Origin: Pirellulales bacterium
Lineage (GTDB): Bacteria; Planctomycetota; Planctomycetia; Pirellulales; UBA1268
Direction of reading: 5' to 3'
Length of the DNA: 34,699 bases
Assembly (NCBI GenBank): GCA_044346795.1
Contig: JBIIYN010000002.1
Span: 1-34,699 of the forward strand
Shown: positions 7,363 to 17,957 of the stretch, one piece after another
How the letters are laid out: each line of letters opens with the position of its first letter
Position numbering within the stretch: position 1 is the stretch's first letter
Notes under the pieces: model-generated
What the model saw: the letters and a program-made list of their open reading frames with translations, nothing else
Told to the model about the DNA's origin: nothing
Database searches by the model: none
Translations under genes and position numbers: made by a program

Positions 7363-9822
7363 ATGAAGCCCGAGATGCGACAGGCCGGCGGCCCTGCGAC
7401 CATCCACCCTGGTGCATGCCACTGGCGGCGGGTGCCGTGGTTCGTGACGATCGCCCTCTTCGTGGTCGCTTGTGACCGGCCGATGGTTTTTGCCGCGGGC
7501 GCGGTCCTCGACGACGCCGCTGCGGCGGCCGGAATCCAGGCCTTCCTCGCCCGCCACTGTGCCGAGTGCCACGCCGGCGACATGCCTGAAGGCGACGTGG
7601 CGCTCGCGCTGCCGGCCGACGACGCCGGGCTCGTCGCCGAACGGAAGCTCTGGGAGACGGCGCTGCGGCGGATCGAGGCGGGGGAGATGCCGCCGCAGGA
7701 TCGGCCCCGCCCGACGCCCGAGGAGAACGCGGCTTTCGCGAAGGCCCTGCGAAGCCGGTATGCCGCGGCCGACCTGCGGATGCCCGCCGATCCCGGCCGG
7801 GTCACGATGCGGCGGCTCAGCCGGTTGGAATACCGCAATACCATCCGCGATCTCGTGGGCATCGACTTCGACCCGACCGCCGATTTTCCCAGCGACGAAA
7901 TCGGCCACGGCTTCGACTCGATCGGCGACGTGCTCACGCTCTCGCCGCTCCTGCTCGAACGCTATCTCGACGCCGCCGAGGCGGTGATGGAGCGGGCGAT
8001 TCCGGCGACGCCGCCCCCGGTGGCGACGCGGCGGCGGGAACCGCGCTACACCGAGCCGTCAAGCGCCGACGTGCCGCGGCTGATCGTCGCGGGATTTCGC
8101 CGCATGACCACCGCCGGACAGGAGCCGATCGAGATCGGCCCGATCAACAGTTCGTTCGAATGGGCGGCTGACGGTGAGTATGAATTCCGCACGAAGGTCT
8201 ATGCCGCCCCCGACGCGCCGAAGCCCGTGCGGGTGACGATCCTCGTGAGCGGCAAGGACATCCCGCAGCCATCCGCCGTGGCAGACCTCGACCGGCTTGC
8301 CGGCGGCGTGCCGAGACCCGCGCGGATCCTCGAATCCTTCATCGTCTCCGGCACCTCCCGCGAGGCGGCCGATCTCGTCACCGTCCGCATGCCGCCGCTC
8401 ACGGGCCGCGAGCGGATGCTGATCGCCCTCGACAAGCCAGCCGCCGAAGCCGCCCCGGTCACGGTGTTCGTGGGTGGGCTGGAGCTCACCGGGCCGTTCG
8501 ACACGCGGCCCGCCACGCAGAAGCGGCTGCTGGCCTGTGCCGCCACGGCCTCGCAGGAGGAGCAGACCCGCGAGGTGCTCGGCCGCTTCCTGCGGCGGGC
8601 ATTCCGCCGCCGACTCGAGCCCGGCGAACTCGACCGCCACGCCGCGCTCGTCGCAACAGCCGTTCAGGAGGGCCGGGCGTGGCATGAGGGCGTGTCGCGG
8701 GCGATGCAGGCGGCCCTCTGTTCGCCCAAGTTTTTGTTCCGGTTGGAATCCGACGACCGGCCTGACGCTGCCGACGTGCGGCCGCTCGACGACTGCCAGC
8801 TCGCCTCGCGGCTCTCCTACTTCCTCTGGAGCACGATGCCCGACGACGAGCTGCTCGATCTGGCCGAACGCGGGCAGCTCTCGGCCGGCCTCGAAGGGCA
8901 GGTGCGGCGCATGCTGGCCGATGCACGTGCCGACGCGCTCGTGACCAGCTTCGCCATGCAGTGGCTGCAGCTCAAGCGGATCGAATTCATCTCGCCCGAC
9001 GGCGGGCTCTTTCCCATGTTCGACAACGCCCTGCGGGCCGCCATGACCAGGGAGACGGAACTCTTCGTCGGCAGCGTCTTCCGCGAAGACCGCAGCGTGC
9101 TCGAACTGATCGACGCCGACTCCACGTTCGTCGACGGGCCGCTGGCGAAGCATTACGGGCTCGTCGAGGCTTACCGCGAGGCGGGCGGCACCGGCAAGGA
9201 TTTCCGTCGCGTTCCCTGCGCGGATCGCACCCGCGGCGGCCTCGTCTCGCAGGCGGGTATCCTTACGGCGACGTCCAATCCCACCCGCACGTCGCCCGTG
9301 AAACGGGGCCGCTGGGTGCTCGAGCAACTGCTCGGCGAGCCGCCGCCCCCGCCGCCGCCGAACGTGCCGGAATTGGCGGAGGAGAGCCCCGCGGCGGCGA
9401 CCGTCTCGCTGCGGGAACGCATGGAGGTCCACAGGAAAAACGCCGCCTGCGCCGGCTGCCATGCCCGGATGGACGCGATCGGTTTCGCACTGGAGAACTA
9501 CGATGCAGTCGGTGGCTTCCGCACGAAGGACGGTGCATTCGAGATCGACGCCGGCGGCGCCTTCCCGGACGGCACGACGTTCTCAGGGCCGGCGGGATTG
9601 AAGGACGTGCTGCTCGCGAAAAGGCGGGAGTTCTGCCGGTGCCTCACCGAGAAGATGATGACCTATGCACTCGGCCGCGGGCTCGAGCCGACCGACCGGC
9701 CCACGATCGAGCGGATCGTCGACAGGCTCGAGGCGGAGGATCACCGGGTGTCGGCTGTCGTGGCCGGAATCGTGGCCAGCGACGCTTTCCGCCAGCGTCG
9801 CGGCGGTGGCCGGGATGAATGA
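7363..9822 (+). CDS. DUF1592/DUF1588/DUF1587/DUF1585/DUF1595 (PSD-domain) planctomycete cytochrome-c-domain protein, 819 aa
   Basis: From ORF 7357..9822. ATG 7363 lies 6 nt after GGAGGA (7351-7356). CxxCH is present at HCAECHAG. Other matches: RRLSRLEYRNTIRDLVGIDFDPTADFPSDE (DUF1587-like), PKFLFRLE and SRLSYFLWSTMPDDELL (DUF1592-like), FAMQWLQL...TSPVKRGRWVLEQLLGEPPPPPPPNVP (DUF1588-like), and CAGCHARMDAIGFALENYDAVGGFR (DUF1585-like). Confidence 0.9.
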   Translation: MKPEMRQAGGPATIHPGACHWRRVPWFVTIALFVVACDRPMVFAAGAVLDDAAAAAGIQAFLARHCAECHAGDMPEGDVALALPADDAGLVAERKLWETALRRIEAGEMPPQDRPRPTPEENAAFAKALRSRYAAADLRMPADPGRVTMRRLSRLEYRNTIRDLVGIDFDPTADFPSDEIGHGFDSIGDVLTLSPLLLERYLDAAEAVMERAIPATPPPVATRRREPRYTEPSSADVPRLIVAGFRRMTTAGQEPIEIGPINSSFEWAADGEYEFRTKVYAAPDAPKPVRVTILVSGKDIPQPSAVADLDRLAGGVPRPARILESFIVSGTSREAADLVTVRMPPLTGRERMLIALDKPAAEAAPVTVFVGGLELTGPFDTRPATQKRLLACAATASQEEQTREVLGRFLRRAFRRRLEPGELDRHAALVATAVQEGRAWHEGVSRAMQAALCSPKFLFRLESDDRPDAADVRPLDDCQLASRLSYFLWSTMPDDELLDLAERGQLSAGLEGQVRRMLADARADALVTSFAMQWLQLKRIEFISPDGGLFPMFDNALRAAMTRETELFVGSVFREDRSVLELIDADSTFVDGPLAKHYGLVEAYREAGGTGKDFRRVPCADRTRGGLVSQAGILTATSNPTRTSPVKRGRWVLEQLLGEPPPPPPPNVPELAEESPAAATVSLRERMEVHRKNAACAGCHARMDAIGFALENYDAVGGFRTKDGAFEIDAGGAFPDGTTFSGPAGLKDVLLAKRREFCRCLTEKMMTYALGRGLEPTDRPTIERIVDRLEAEDHRVSAVVAGIVASDAFRQRRGGGRDE

Positions 9823-9853
9823 ACGTGGCACATGACCGAAGGAGATGCCGCAT

Positions 9854-11203
9854 ATGCCAAACGTGACCGCACGATCAATTGCCCGCCGCACGCTGCTCCG
9901 CGGGCTCGGCGTCGCCCTCCCGCTCCCCTGGCTCGAGGCGATGGGCCCGCTCGCGGTGCGGGCCGCGGCTGCCACGGCGACGCCGACGCCCCCCAACCGC
10001 GTCGCATTTCTCTACGCCCCCAACGGCCAGCACATGCCCGACTGGACGCCACTGGGAGAGGGTCGCGATTTCGAACTGGCGCCGATCATGGCACCGTTGG
10101 CCGGGCTCAGGCAGAAGCTCACGGTGCTCTCCGGCCTGGCTGCGGACAAGGCGCGGCCCCATGGCGACGGCGGCGGCGACCATGCCCGGGCGATGGCGGC
10201 GTTTCTCACGGGCGTCCACCCGAGAAAGACAGACGGCACGAGCATCCGCAACGGCACCTCGGTGGACCAGATCGCGGCGACCTTGGTGGGCGACGCAACG
10301 CGGCTGGCGTCGCTCGAAATCGGTGCCGACAAGGGGCCCATGGCTGGCGACTGCGATTCCGGCTACAGCTGCGTCTATTCCTCGACCATGTCGTGGCGGT
10401 CGCCCACGCAGCCCGTGCCGAAGGAGGTCAATCCGAAGGTCGTGTTCGACCGGCTCTTCGGCGACGGCGATCCCGCCGCGGCGGCCCGCGCCGCCCGCCG
10501 CAAGAGCATTCTCGACTTCGTGCGGGACGACTCACGTGGCCTGGAGCGGCGGCTGGCTCCCGGCGACCGGCGGAAGCTCGAGGAGTATTTCACGTCGGTC
10601 CGCGACATCGAGCAGCGGATCGAGCGGGCCGCCGCGTTGCCGCCGGTGCAGCCGCCCGGGATGCCTCAGCCGGCGGGCATCCCCAAGGATTACGGCGAGC
10701 ACATCCGCCTCATGTGCGACCTGCTCGTGGTGGCGTTTCAGGCCGACGTGACCCGCGTGGCTACGTTCGTGCTGGCCGATGAAGGGAGCAACAGGCCCTA
10801 TCCCTTCATCGGCGTGCCGGAGGGGCATCACGATCTCTCCCACCACGGCGGCAACCCGGAGAAGCAGGCCAAGATCCGCACGATCAACCTGTTTCACGCC
10901 CGCAACGTCGCGCACCTGCTCGAACGGCTCGACGCGACACAAGAGGCGGACGGCACGCTGCTCGATCATGCGGCCATCGTGTATGGCAGCGGCATCCACG
11001 ACGGCAACAGGCACAACCACGAGGATCTGCCGATCCTGCTTGCCGGCGGCGGCTGCGGCACGATCACGACCGGCCGCCACCTGCGGTTTCCTCCAGAGAC
11101 GCCGCTGGCCAACCTCTGGCTGTCGCTCCTCGACCGCATGAACGCGCCGGTGGAGCACCTGGGCGACAGCACCGGCAGACTGCCGGGGCTCCTCGAGTCG
11201 TGA
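9854..11203 (+). CDS. DUF1552-family protein (HxxSHH motif) with Tat-type signal, 449 aa
   Basis: From ORF 9845..11203. ATG 9854 lies 9 nt after GAAGGAG (9838-9844); ATG 9845 has no spacer. The signal reads [21 protein letters not shown]. The motif [16 protein letters not shown] is present. It sits directly downstream of DUF1592, the classic pairing. Confidence 0.85.
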   Translation: MPNVTARSIARRTLLRGLGVALPLPWLEAMGPLAVRAAAATATPTPPNRVAFLYAPNGQHMPDWTPLGEGRDFELAPIMAPLAGLRQKLTVLSGLAADKARPHGDGGGDHARAMAAFLTGVHPRKTDGTSIRNGTSVDQIAATLVGDATRLASLEIGADKGPMAGDCDSGYSCVYSSTMSWRSPTQPVPKEVNPKVVFDRLFGDGDPAAAARAARRKSILDFVRDDSRGLERRLAPGDRRKLEEYFTSVRDIEQRIERAAALPPVQPPGMPQPAGIPKDYGEHIRLMCDLLVVAFQADVTRVATFVLADEGSNRPYPFIGVPEGHHDLSHHGGNPEKQAKIRTINLFHARNVAHLLERLDATQEADGTLLDHAAIVYGSGIHDGNRHNHEDLPILLAGGGCGTITTGRHLRFPPETPLANLWLSLLDRMNAPVEHLGDSTGRLPGLLES

Positions 11204-11225
11204 AAAACGCAGGCAGGCGATTCGC

Positions 11226-12899
11226 ATGAAGCGGTTCACACCCCGGTGTCGGCGACTTCTGCCCTGGATCGGGCTTCTCTCGGCCATCGCGAGCGGTCGC
11301 GCGGAGGAAGTGGTCCGCGTGCACGATGTCGTGGTGTATGGCGGATCGTCGGCGGGGATCGTCGCCGCCGTGCAGGTGAGCCGTCAGGGGGGCAGCGTGA
11401 TCGTGATCGAGCCCGGCCGACGGATCGGCGGCCTGACCACGGGCGGGCTCGGCCAGACCGACATCGGCAACAAGCAGGCGATCGGCGGGGTCGCCCGGGA
11501 GTTCTATGAACGGATCAAGAAACATTACGACGAACCCAGCCATTGGAAGTGGCAGTCGCGGGATTCGTATCGTGACGGCGGCCAGACGCGGACGGCCGCG
11601 ACCGAGGCGGCGATGTGGACGTTCGAGCCGTCGGCCGCGCTTTCGGTCATGGGGGATCTCGTAAGGGAGCACGCGATTCCCGTGATCTACGGCCTGCGGC
11701 TCGACCGGACCGGCGACGGACCGGGGAAGGTCGTCCGCGGAGTCACGATGGAGGGCCCGAGGATCGTCGCGATCACCATGGAGTCGGGGGAGGTCTTTCG
11801 CGGGAAGGTGTTCATCGACGCGACCTACGAAGGGGATCTGATGGCCGGCGCGGGAGTCTCCTATGCCGTCGGACGGGAGGCGGTGGCCGACCATGGTGAG
11901 ACGCTCGCGGGTGTGCAGACCAGGCAGGCCGTGTATCACCAGTGCGTCGATGGGGTCGATCCCTTCGTGAGACGCGGCGACGCGGCGAGCGGCCTGCTGC
12001 CCGGAATCGATCCTCATGGCCCGGGCCCGGAGGGGGCGGGAGATCGCCACATGCAGGCGTACTGCTTCCGCATGTGCCTCACGGATCATCCGGACAACCG
12101 GATTCCGTTCGAGAAACCGGCCGACTACGATCCGCTGGATTACGAGCTGCTCCTCCGCAACTTCGAGGCGGGCGAAGCGGGCATGCCCTGGATCAATTCG
12201 AGCATGCCGAACCGGAAGACCGACACGAACAACCGCGCGGGCGTGTCGACCGACATGATCGGGGGCAATGATGCGTATCCGGAGGCCGATTACGCCGAAC
12301 GCGAGCGGATCGTCGCCCGCCACCGTGCCTACCAGCAGGGGCTGATGTGGACGCTCGCGAACCACGAACGGGTGCCGGAAAGCGTCCGCCGGGAAGTGGG
12401 CCGCTGGGGAACGTGCCGAGATGAATTCGTGGAGGGACGTGGCTGGCAGGATCAGTTGTACGTGCGGGAGGCGCGACGGATGGTCGGGGGAATGGTGATG
12501 ACGCAGCACCATTGCGAGGGGCGAGCCGTGGCCGAGCGGCCCATCGGCATGGCGGCCTACGGGATGGACTCACATCATGTGCAGCGATACGTCGACGCCC
12601 GCGGCCAGGTGAAGAACGAGGGCGACGTGCAGGTCGGCGGATTCAAGCCCTATTCCATCGATATGGCCGCCATCCTGCCGAAGCGGGGCGAATGCGAGAA
12701 TCTCGTCGTGCCGATCTGCATCAGCGCGACGCACATCGCCTACGGTTCGATCCGCATGGAGCCCGTGTTCATGGTGCTCGGTCAGTCGGCTGCGAGCATC
12801 GCCATGGAAGGGATCAGGTCGCAGGTTTGTCTGCAGGACGTGGATTTTCCGACGGTACGCACGCGGCTTCTCGGCGACGGGCAGGTCCTGTCACGCTGA
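11226..12899 (+). CDS. Secreted FAD-dependent oxidoreductase (FAD_oxidored, PF12831-like; often mis-annotated as xanthan lyase), 557 aa
   Basis: The signal is [26 protein letters not shown]. The dinucleotide-binding start is [47 protein letters not shown]. It starts 22 nt after the DUF1552 stop. Confidence 0.85.
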   Translation: MKRFTPRCRRLLPWIGLLSAIASGRAEEVVRVHDVVVYGGSSAGIVAAVQVSRQGGSVIVIEPGRRIGGLTTGGLGQTDIGNKQAIGGVAREFYERIKKHYDEPSHWKWQSRDSYRDGGQTRTAATEAAMWTFEPSAALSVMGDLVREHAIPVIYGLRLDRTGDGPGKVVRGVTMEGPRIVAITMESGEVFRGKVFIDATYEGDLMAGAGVSYAVGREAVADHGETLAGVQTRQAVYHQCVDGVDPFVRRGDAASGLLPGIDPHGPGPEGAGDRHMQAYCFRMCLTDHPDNRIPFEKPADYDPLDYELLLRNFEAGEAGMPWINSSMPNRKTDTNNRAGVSTDMIGGNDAYPEADYAERERIVARHRAYQQGLMWTLANHERVPESVRREVGRWGTCRDEFVEGRGWQDQLYVREARRMVGGMVMTQHHCEGRAVAERPIGMAAYGMDSHHVQRYVDARGQVKNEGDVQVGGFKPYSIDMAAILPKRGECENLVVPICISATHIAYGSIRMEPVFMVLGQSAASIAMEGIRSQVCLQDVDFPTVRTRLLGDGQVLSR

Positions 12900-12926
12900 T
12901 CGCCACATGGCGGGCGTTCCCGGCCG

Positions 12927-15900
12927 TCAGGGGGCCCCGGACTCGTCGGTCTTTCCGTCGAGCGTCCGCAGGTAGGCGACGAGGTCCGCGATTTGTTCCG
13001 GCGTGAATGCCTGTCCCATCGGGGGCATGCTCGAAATGGACGAGGCCACCCGGTCGACGATCGTGTCGAGGCGGACCGTCACCTCGCCGCCAGCCGGCGG
13101 AGCCAGGACCAGTTGTCCGTCACGCTCCGCGACGAACGTGCCCGACACGACCCGGCCCTCGTCCGTTTCCACGACGATCGTCTCGTACCCCTTGGCGATC
13201 CTGCGGCTTGGATCGATCAGTGATTCGAGCAGGTGTTCACGGTCTGCGCGACCGGCGATCGCCGTGAGATCCGGACCTACGAACCCGCCACCCGACTTTC
13301 CCACCTTGTGGCAGGCGATGCAGCGAATCTCGCGGTTGGAATGGAAGAGGAATCTGCCCTTTTGCGGATCGCCACCGGAGAGGGCTGTCCGGAAGGGAGC
13401 GAGCAGATCGACCTCGGCCACCTCGGGGGCCTTGCTCGGATCGAGCAACTGCTCCACGGTCCAAGGTGCCGTGCGGCCCGCCGTGGCCCGCCGCACAGCG
13501 GTCACCTGCTCGGGATCGACCGGCCCGCCGTAGTTGCCCCAGGCCCGGCGGATGTAGGTGAGCACGCCCGCCAGCCGCACGTCGGTCAGAAGGGCGCTGC
13601 CTCCCAAGCCCGGCATCTGCATGTTCCACTCCTCGCCCGCCACCTTCACCGGACCGCGCAGGCCATGCAGCGCGATGCGGATCAGCGTTTCGGCATCGCC
13701 ATTGACCCACTCGGAGTCGGCCAGCGGCGGCGCCTGTCCGGACTGGCCGCGGCCATCTCCCTTGTGGCAGGAATGGCAGGTGACGTCGTACACCGCCTGT
13801 CCCTGAAGACGCTGTTTTTCCTGCGCGGGCGTGAGCGGCGAAACCACCGGCTTTCTCTCCCGGACGGTGGAGTCGCCGGGCCAGGTCACGATCCGCAGCA
13901 GCTTCGCGGCCTGCTGCCGCGTGGACAGCTCCGCGCCGGTCTCCAAGGCGTCGAGCAGCGGCGGCCGAGTCGCCAGCAGGATCGGCTCGGGCCAGCGGCT
14001 GCGGGCCAGGGACGATGCCGAGACGCCCGCGGCGATCGCCGCCGTCGCCCACGGCTTTCCCTGGGCTGAGCCGGCCGCGAGGCCGAGCAGACGTTCCAGC
14101 CGCGGGCCGTCACCGGCCTGGACGACGCAGGTGGCCAGTGCCTCCAAGGCCCCGGGGTCGGCCTCGCTCCCGGCGATCCACCGGGGGGAGCCGAGCAGTC
14201 GCTCCGCCATCTCCAGTTCGCGATTCTCGAGCCCGCTGATCGCGGCCGCCGCGAACAGCCCGGATGGATATTTCGCGAGAATGTCCGCCATGAGGTCGAG
14301 CGACTCGTCCGCGGTCGATGAATCGTGGACGAGGTCGCCGAGCGTGAGCAGCAACTGCAACTGCACCATCGGCCGCGTATCGGCGGCGAGCGGCCGCAGT
14401 GCCGCGAGCACCGCTCCCGGAGGCGGGCGGTCGTCCACCGTGGCCGCCAGGCGGATCGCGGTAGACCGCACTGATGCATCCTCGGCCGCCAAGGCGGCGG
14501 ATGACGTTTTCCAGTCGAGGGCACCGATCCCGGAAAGCGTCCAGAGACCATGCACGCGACCGACGGGACTGGCGCCCGCCACCGACAGTTCACGGAGCGG
14601 TCCCGCGACCTCCAGGGCCCGACGCTCCACGAGGAGCCGCTGCGCCGTGTCGCGCCACCAGCCGTTGGGATGCGAGAGTGCCTGAACGAGGTCGTGGTTC
14701 GGGCTCTGCGAGAGCCGTGGTTCAGGACCGAGGGGCTTTCCCTCGTGCACGATCCGGTAGATGCGCCCCTTGTCGATCGGCGTGTCGAGCCCCCGCGAGA
14801 GGATCTGATTCCGCAGGTAGGGCATCATGAAGACCACGTGCTCGACGATCCCGCGATAGAAATCCGACACGTAAAGGGCGCCGTCGGGACCCGTGCGGCT
14901 GCAGACCGGCCGGAAACGCTCGTCGGTGGAGGCCACGAATTCCGAGGTGCCAAAGAAGTTTCGTGCCGTGATCGTTGCGCCATCCGTGTCGAGGCGATCG
15001 AGGCGGATCAGGTTCCCGGCAGCCTCCGGGATCACGGCGGCGCCACGATACTCCGGGGGAAATTGGTCGCCGCGGTAGATCGTCGGCCCGCAGGCGATGG
15101 TGAAGGTGCGGAGCCGGCCGTCCTCGCGGAGTTCCGTGCCACCGAGCGTGATGCCCGGCGTCACCCGGATCGGAAAGACCTCGTGGGCGGCGGCGGCCAC
15201 GTTGACGTTCAGTGCCGCGGCTGCCGAGGCGCGACCCTTGCCGGGAAGGTGCGGGTTGCGACGGATGAAGTCGGCCGGAATCAGGTCGGCGTGGAGCGAG
15301 GAATTCTCGTAGTTGTAGAATAGTCGGCCGTGATCGTCCTGCGCGATGCCCCACTGGCCCCGAACCGCCGTCGGCTCCTCGACGAGCCGGCCGTCGATGA
15401 AGCGGTGTCGCACCCTGCTGTCGGCGTTGTAGATCCAGTTGTCGAGGGCATGCATGAGGCCGTTGTCGGTATGCTGGGGATTTCCCGGCTTTCCGTAGCT
15501 GCCGACCTGTCGCTTGTCGTCGCAGACCAGATCGCCGTCCGTGTCGCGGCAGTACCACAGCCGTGGTGGTTCGGCGACGAGCACGCCGCCCGCCACGAAG
15601 GAGAGTGTCCGCGGCATCACGAGCCCGTCGAGAAACACGGTCGACTTGTCCATGATCCGGTCGTGGTCGGTGTCCTCGAGCACGACGACGCGGCAGATCG
15701 GATCTCCCTCACCGGTGCCCTCGATGTCGCGCATGTAACCGCGATATTCGACCGCCCAGACCCGCCCGTCGGGATCGAACTCGAAGAACACCGGATCGAC
15801 CACCAGCGGCTCGGCTGCCACGCACTCGATGCGGAAGCCGGCTGCGACCTGAAACGACTTGAGCGACTCCTCCGGCGGGAGGGCGGGGGCCGGGGGCACC

Positions 15901-16085
15901 TTGATCCGCTTGAAAAGTTCCTCGGCCGTGAACGGGTCGTACGGTTTCAGGGACTGCTCGCGGTGTGTGATCACCCGTCCCTCGGGCATGGCCTGGGACC
16001 AGGCCGGTGCGGATGCCCCCGCCGCGAGGACCAGGCATGCCATGGCCAGGGCTGAATGGCGATTGGGTGCAGGTGGCGAATGCAT
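12927..16085 (-). CDS. PVC-type heme-binding CxxCH protein (membrane-bound-dehydrogenase-like N-domain, HEAT-like middle, two cytochrome c motifs), 1052 aa
   Basis: From ORF 12927..16175, trimmed to ATG 16085, which gives the signal MHSPPAPNRHSALAMACLVLAAGASAPAWSQ. The block FQVAAGFRIECVAAEPLVVDPVFFEFDPDGRVWAVE is typical of the Pirellula/Verrucomicrobium dehydrogenase domain. Two CxxCH motifs are present: CHSCHKGDG and CIACHKVG. Confidence 0.85.
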   Translation of the reverse strand: MHSPPAPNRHSALAMACLVLAAGASAPAWSQAMPEGRVITHREQSLKPYDPFTAEELFKRIKVPPAPALPPEESLKSFQVAAGFRIECVAAEPLVVDPVFFEFDPDGRVWAVEYRGYMRDIEGTGEGDPICRVVVLEDTDHDRIMDKSTVFLDGLVMPRTLSFVAGGVLVAEPPRLWYCRDTDGDLVCDDKRQVGSYGKPGNPQHTDNGLMHALDNWIYNADSRVRHRFIDGRLVEEPTAVRGQWGIAQDDHGRLFYNYENSSLHADLIPADFIRRNPHLPGKGRASAAAALNVNVAAAAHEVFPIRVTPGITLGGTELREDGRLRTFTIACGPTIYRGDQFPPEYRGAAVIPEAAGNLIRLDRLDTDGATITARNFFGTSEFVASTDERFRPVCSRTGPDGALYVSDFYRGIVEHVVFMMPYLRNQILSRGLDTPIDKGRIYRIVHEGKPLGPEPRLSQSPNHDLVQALSHPNGWWRDTAQRLLVERRALEVAGPLRELSVAGASPVGRVHGLWTLSGIGALDWKTSSAALAAEDASVRSTAIRLAATVDDRPPPGAVLAALRPLAADTRPMVQLQLLLTLGDLVHDSSTADESLDLMADILAKYPSGLFAAAAISGLENRELEMAERLLGSPRWIAGSEADPGALEALATCVVQAGDGPRLERLLGLAAGSAQGKPWATAAIAAGVSASSLARSRWPEPILLATRPPLLDALETGAELSTRQQAAKLLRIVTWPGDSTVRERKPVVSPLTPAQEKQRLQGQAVYDVTCHSCHKGDGRGQSGQAPPLADSEWVNGDAETLIRIALHGLRGPVKVAGEEWNMQMPGLGGSALLTDVRLAGVLTYIRRAWGNYGGPVDPEQVTAVRRATAGRTAPWTVEQLLDPSKAPEVAEVDLLAPFRTALSGGDPQKGRFLFHSNREIRCIACHKVGKSGGGFVGPDLTAIAGRADREHLLESLIDPSRRIAKGYETIVVETDEGRVVSGTFVAERDGQLVLAPPAGGEVTVRLDTIVDRVASSISSMPPMGQAFTPEQIADLVAYLRTLDGKTDESGAP

Positions 16086-16323
16086 CGCTGTTCTCCAGGG
16101 CGAATCGTGGTGCGCTGAGAACGCCGATTCACCGCGAGGCCGAGTTCTCCAGAGCGGTCCAAACGTCTTTTTCACCGGTCAGCATGGTATCATTCCCGAG
16201 ATGCAGTTTATGGTTCCGAAGGCACCTGGCGAGTGCGGCATGGCGGGAATGATCAGCGATCGGCGAGCGATGGCCGCGATGACAAAGTGCCCCAAGCCGA
16301 AGCCGCCTCGAGGAGGTGCATGC

Positions 16324-17745
16324 ATGCCGGTTCGTCAATTGATGCGGCTCGTGATCTGCGGGCTGGCGTTGGTCGGATCCGTGGCCGCCGACACGTCCGA
16401 CCCCCGTCCGCTGTCTATCGAGGGCTATGCCGGACAGGTCAGCTACAGGCCCGGTGACGAACTGTCGCTACGGGTTTCGACGACCGCGCCGAAGTTCACG
16501 GTCGAGATCGCGCGACTCGGGCCGCAGCGTGAGGTCGTCTTCACCAGGGCGGACGTCGCCGGTCGTGAATCCCCGATTCCTGAAAATGCATCGTCCCATG
16601 GCTGCGGCTGGCCTGTCCTACTGACCGTGCCGGTGCCACGGGAGTGGAGGAGCGGCTATTACGAGGTGAAGCTCAGGGCCGGGGATCACGGCGGCAAGTA
16701 CGTGCAGCGTGGCCGACGGACCGTCGAGTCCAGCTGCTTCTTCATTGTCCGGGCGGCGCAGCCCGGCGTTCACTCCAAGACGCTGATCCAGCTCGCCACC
16801 AACACCTACAACGCATACAACAACTGGGGGGGCTTCAGCCTCTATGCCTACAACGGCCGCGGCGGCGTCCAGGGACACCGCGTTTCGTTCCACCGTCCGC
16901 CGGGGAGCCAGTTTTCAGTGTGGGAGCTTCCGTTCGTCGCGTGGGCCGAGTCCAACGGCTTTCCCCTCGAGTATGCTGCGAATTCCGACCTGGAATCGCA
17001 CCCCGAGGAATTGTCGGCCTACAAACTCGTGCTGAGCGTCGGGCACGATGAGTACTGGTCGACGCCGATGCGCGATCACCTGGAGGCCTTCATCGCAAAG
17101 GGCGGCAACGTGGCCTTCTTCAGCGGCAACACGTGCTGCTGGCAGGTTCGCAGCGAAGACGAAGGGTCGGCGCTCACCTGCTGGAAGCAGCGGTTCGTGA
17201 TGGATCCGGTGTATCCCTCGGGCGATCATGCGCTGCTTTCGACGCTCTGGAGCCACCACCTGGTCGATCGTCCCGAGAATCGCCTGACGGGCGTCGGCTT
17301 CCTGCACGGCGGCTTTCATCGCAGCCACGGCCAATTCATGGACGGCAAGGCGGCCTATACCGTGCATCGTCCCGAGCACTGGCTGTTTGCCGGAACGGGG
17401 CTCACGCACAATGGCGAATTCGGCGGCAAGGACACGATCGTGGGCTACGAATGCGATGGCTGTGAGTTCGAGATGAAGGACGGCCTGCCCGTCCCGTCGC
17501 ACCGAGACGGCACTCCGGAGGGCTTCGCGATTCTGGCGACCTGTGAGGCCAAGTGGCATCCCGACGATGCCTTCTTTTACGACCGGTTTCCCAAGGATCG
17601 GATCGGCGCCGCCGTGCTGGGCACCTACACGCGGGGTGGCACGGTCGTCACGGTTGGCTCAACCGATTGGGCCCATGGCCTGCGCGGGAAGGATCCGGTG
17701 GTCGAACGGATCACGCGGAACGTGCTCGAGCGACTGGGGGACTAG
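16324..17745 (+). CDS. N,N-dimethylformamidase beta-subunit-like (DMFA2_C-type) secreted protein, 473 aa
   Basis: From ORF 15859..17745, trimmed to ATG 16324, which lies 7 nt after AGGAGG (16311-16316). The signal is MPVRQLMRLVICGLALVGSVAA. Motifs TNTYNAYNNWGGFSLY and VGHDEYWSTPMRDHLEAFIAKGGNVAFFSGNTCCWQVR are present. Confidence 0.75.
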   Translation: MPVRQLMRLVICGLALVGSVAADTSDPRPLSIEGYAGQVSYRPGDELSLRVSTTAPKFTVEIARLGPQREVVFTRADVAGRESPIPENASSHGCGWPVLLTVPVPREWRSGYYEVKLRAGDHGGKYVQRGRRTVESSCFFIVRAAQPGVHSKTLIQLATNTYNAYNNWGGFSLYAYNGRGGVQGHRVSFHRPPGSQFSVWELPFVAWAESNGFPLEYAANSDLESHPEELSAYKLVLSVGHDEYWSTPMRDHLEAFIAKGGNVAFFSGNTCCWQVRSEDEGSALTCWKQRFVMDPVYPSGDHALLSTLWSHHLVDRPENRLTGVGFLHGGFHRSHGQFMDGKAAYTVHRPEHWLFAGTGLTHNGEFGGKDTIVGYECDGCEFEMKDGLPVPSHRDGTPEGFAILATCEAKWHPDDAFFYDRFPKDRIGAAVLGTYTRGGTVVTVGSTDWAHGLRGKDPVVERITRNVLERLGD

Positions 17746-17754
17746 TTGTCATCC

Positions 17755-17792
17755 GACTTTTGTGGAGCACCGGCTTCGGGGCGGCAAAAGTC
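17755..17792. terminator. Hairpin in a convergent intergenic region (8-bp stem GACTTTTG/CAAAAGTC, 22-nt loop containing CCG-gctt-CGG)
   Basis: Seen directly, 10 nt after the DMFase-like stop. A second hairpin, AAAGCTC-ctc-GAGCTTT, lies at 17817-17833. Neither has a U-tract. Confidence 0.3.
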
Positions 17793-17957
17793 TCGTCGCG
17801 TGGGCCGGGGCGGCCCAAAGCTCCTCGAGCTTTCGCCGACCCCTTCGCCTATCTCACCCGGTTTGCCGAGGCATCGCTACAGCTATCTCGGACTTGCGCT
17901 AGCCGCCGGATGGTCCTCGTTGCATCGCCCGGTCGCGGAATTGACCTCCCGTGGCGG

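Noticed and set aside
9337-9366. A poly-proline run (EPPPPPPPNVPE) encoded by a CCG/CCC repeat in the DUF1592 gene.
   Set aside because: A PPPxPP stretch at this position is a normal conserved feature of the DUF1588-type region. It is not a repeat expansion, and it implies only EF-P dependence.
15859-16323. A 155-aa N-terminal extension of the DMFase-like ORF.
   Set aside because: It overlaps the 5' end of the PVC heme gene on the other strand and has junk composition. A strong AGGAGG-N7-ATG followed by a signal peptide occurs at 16324.
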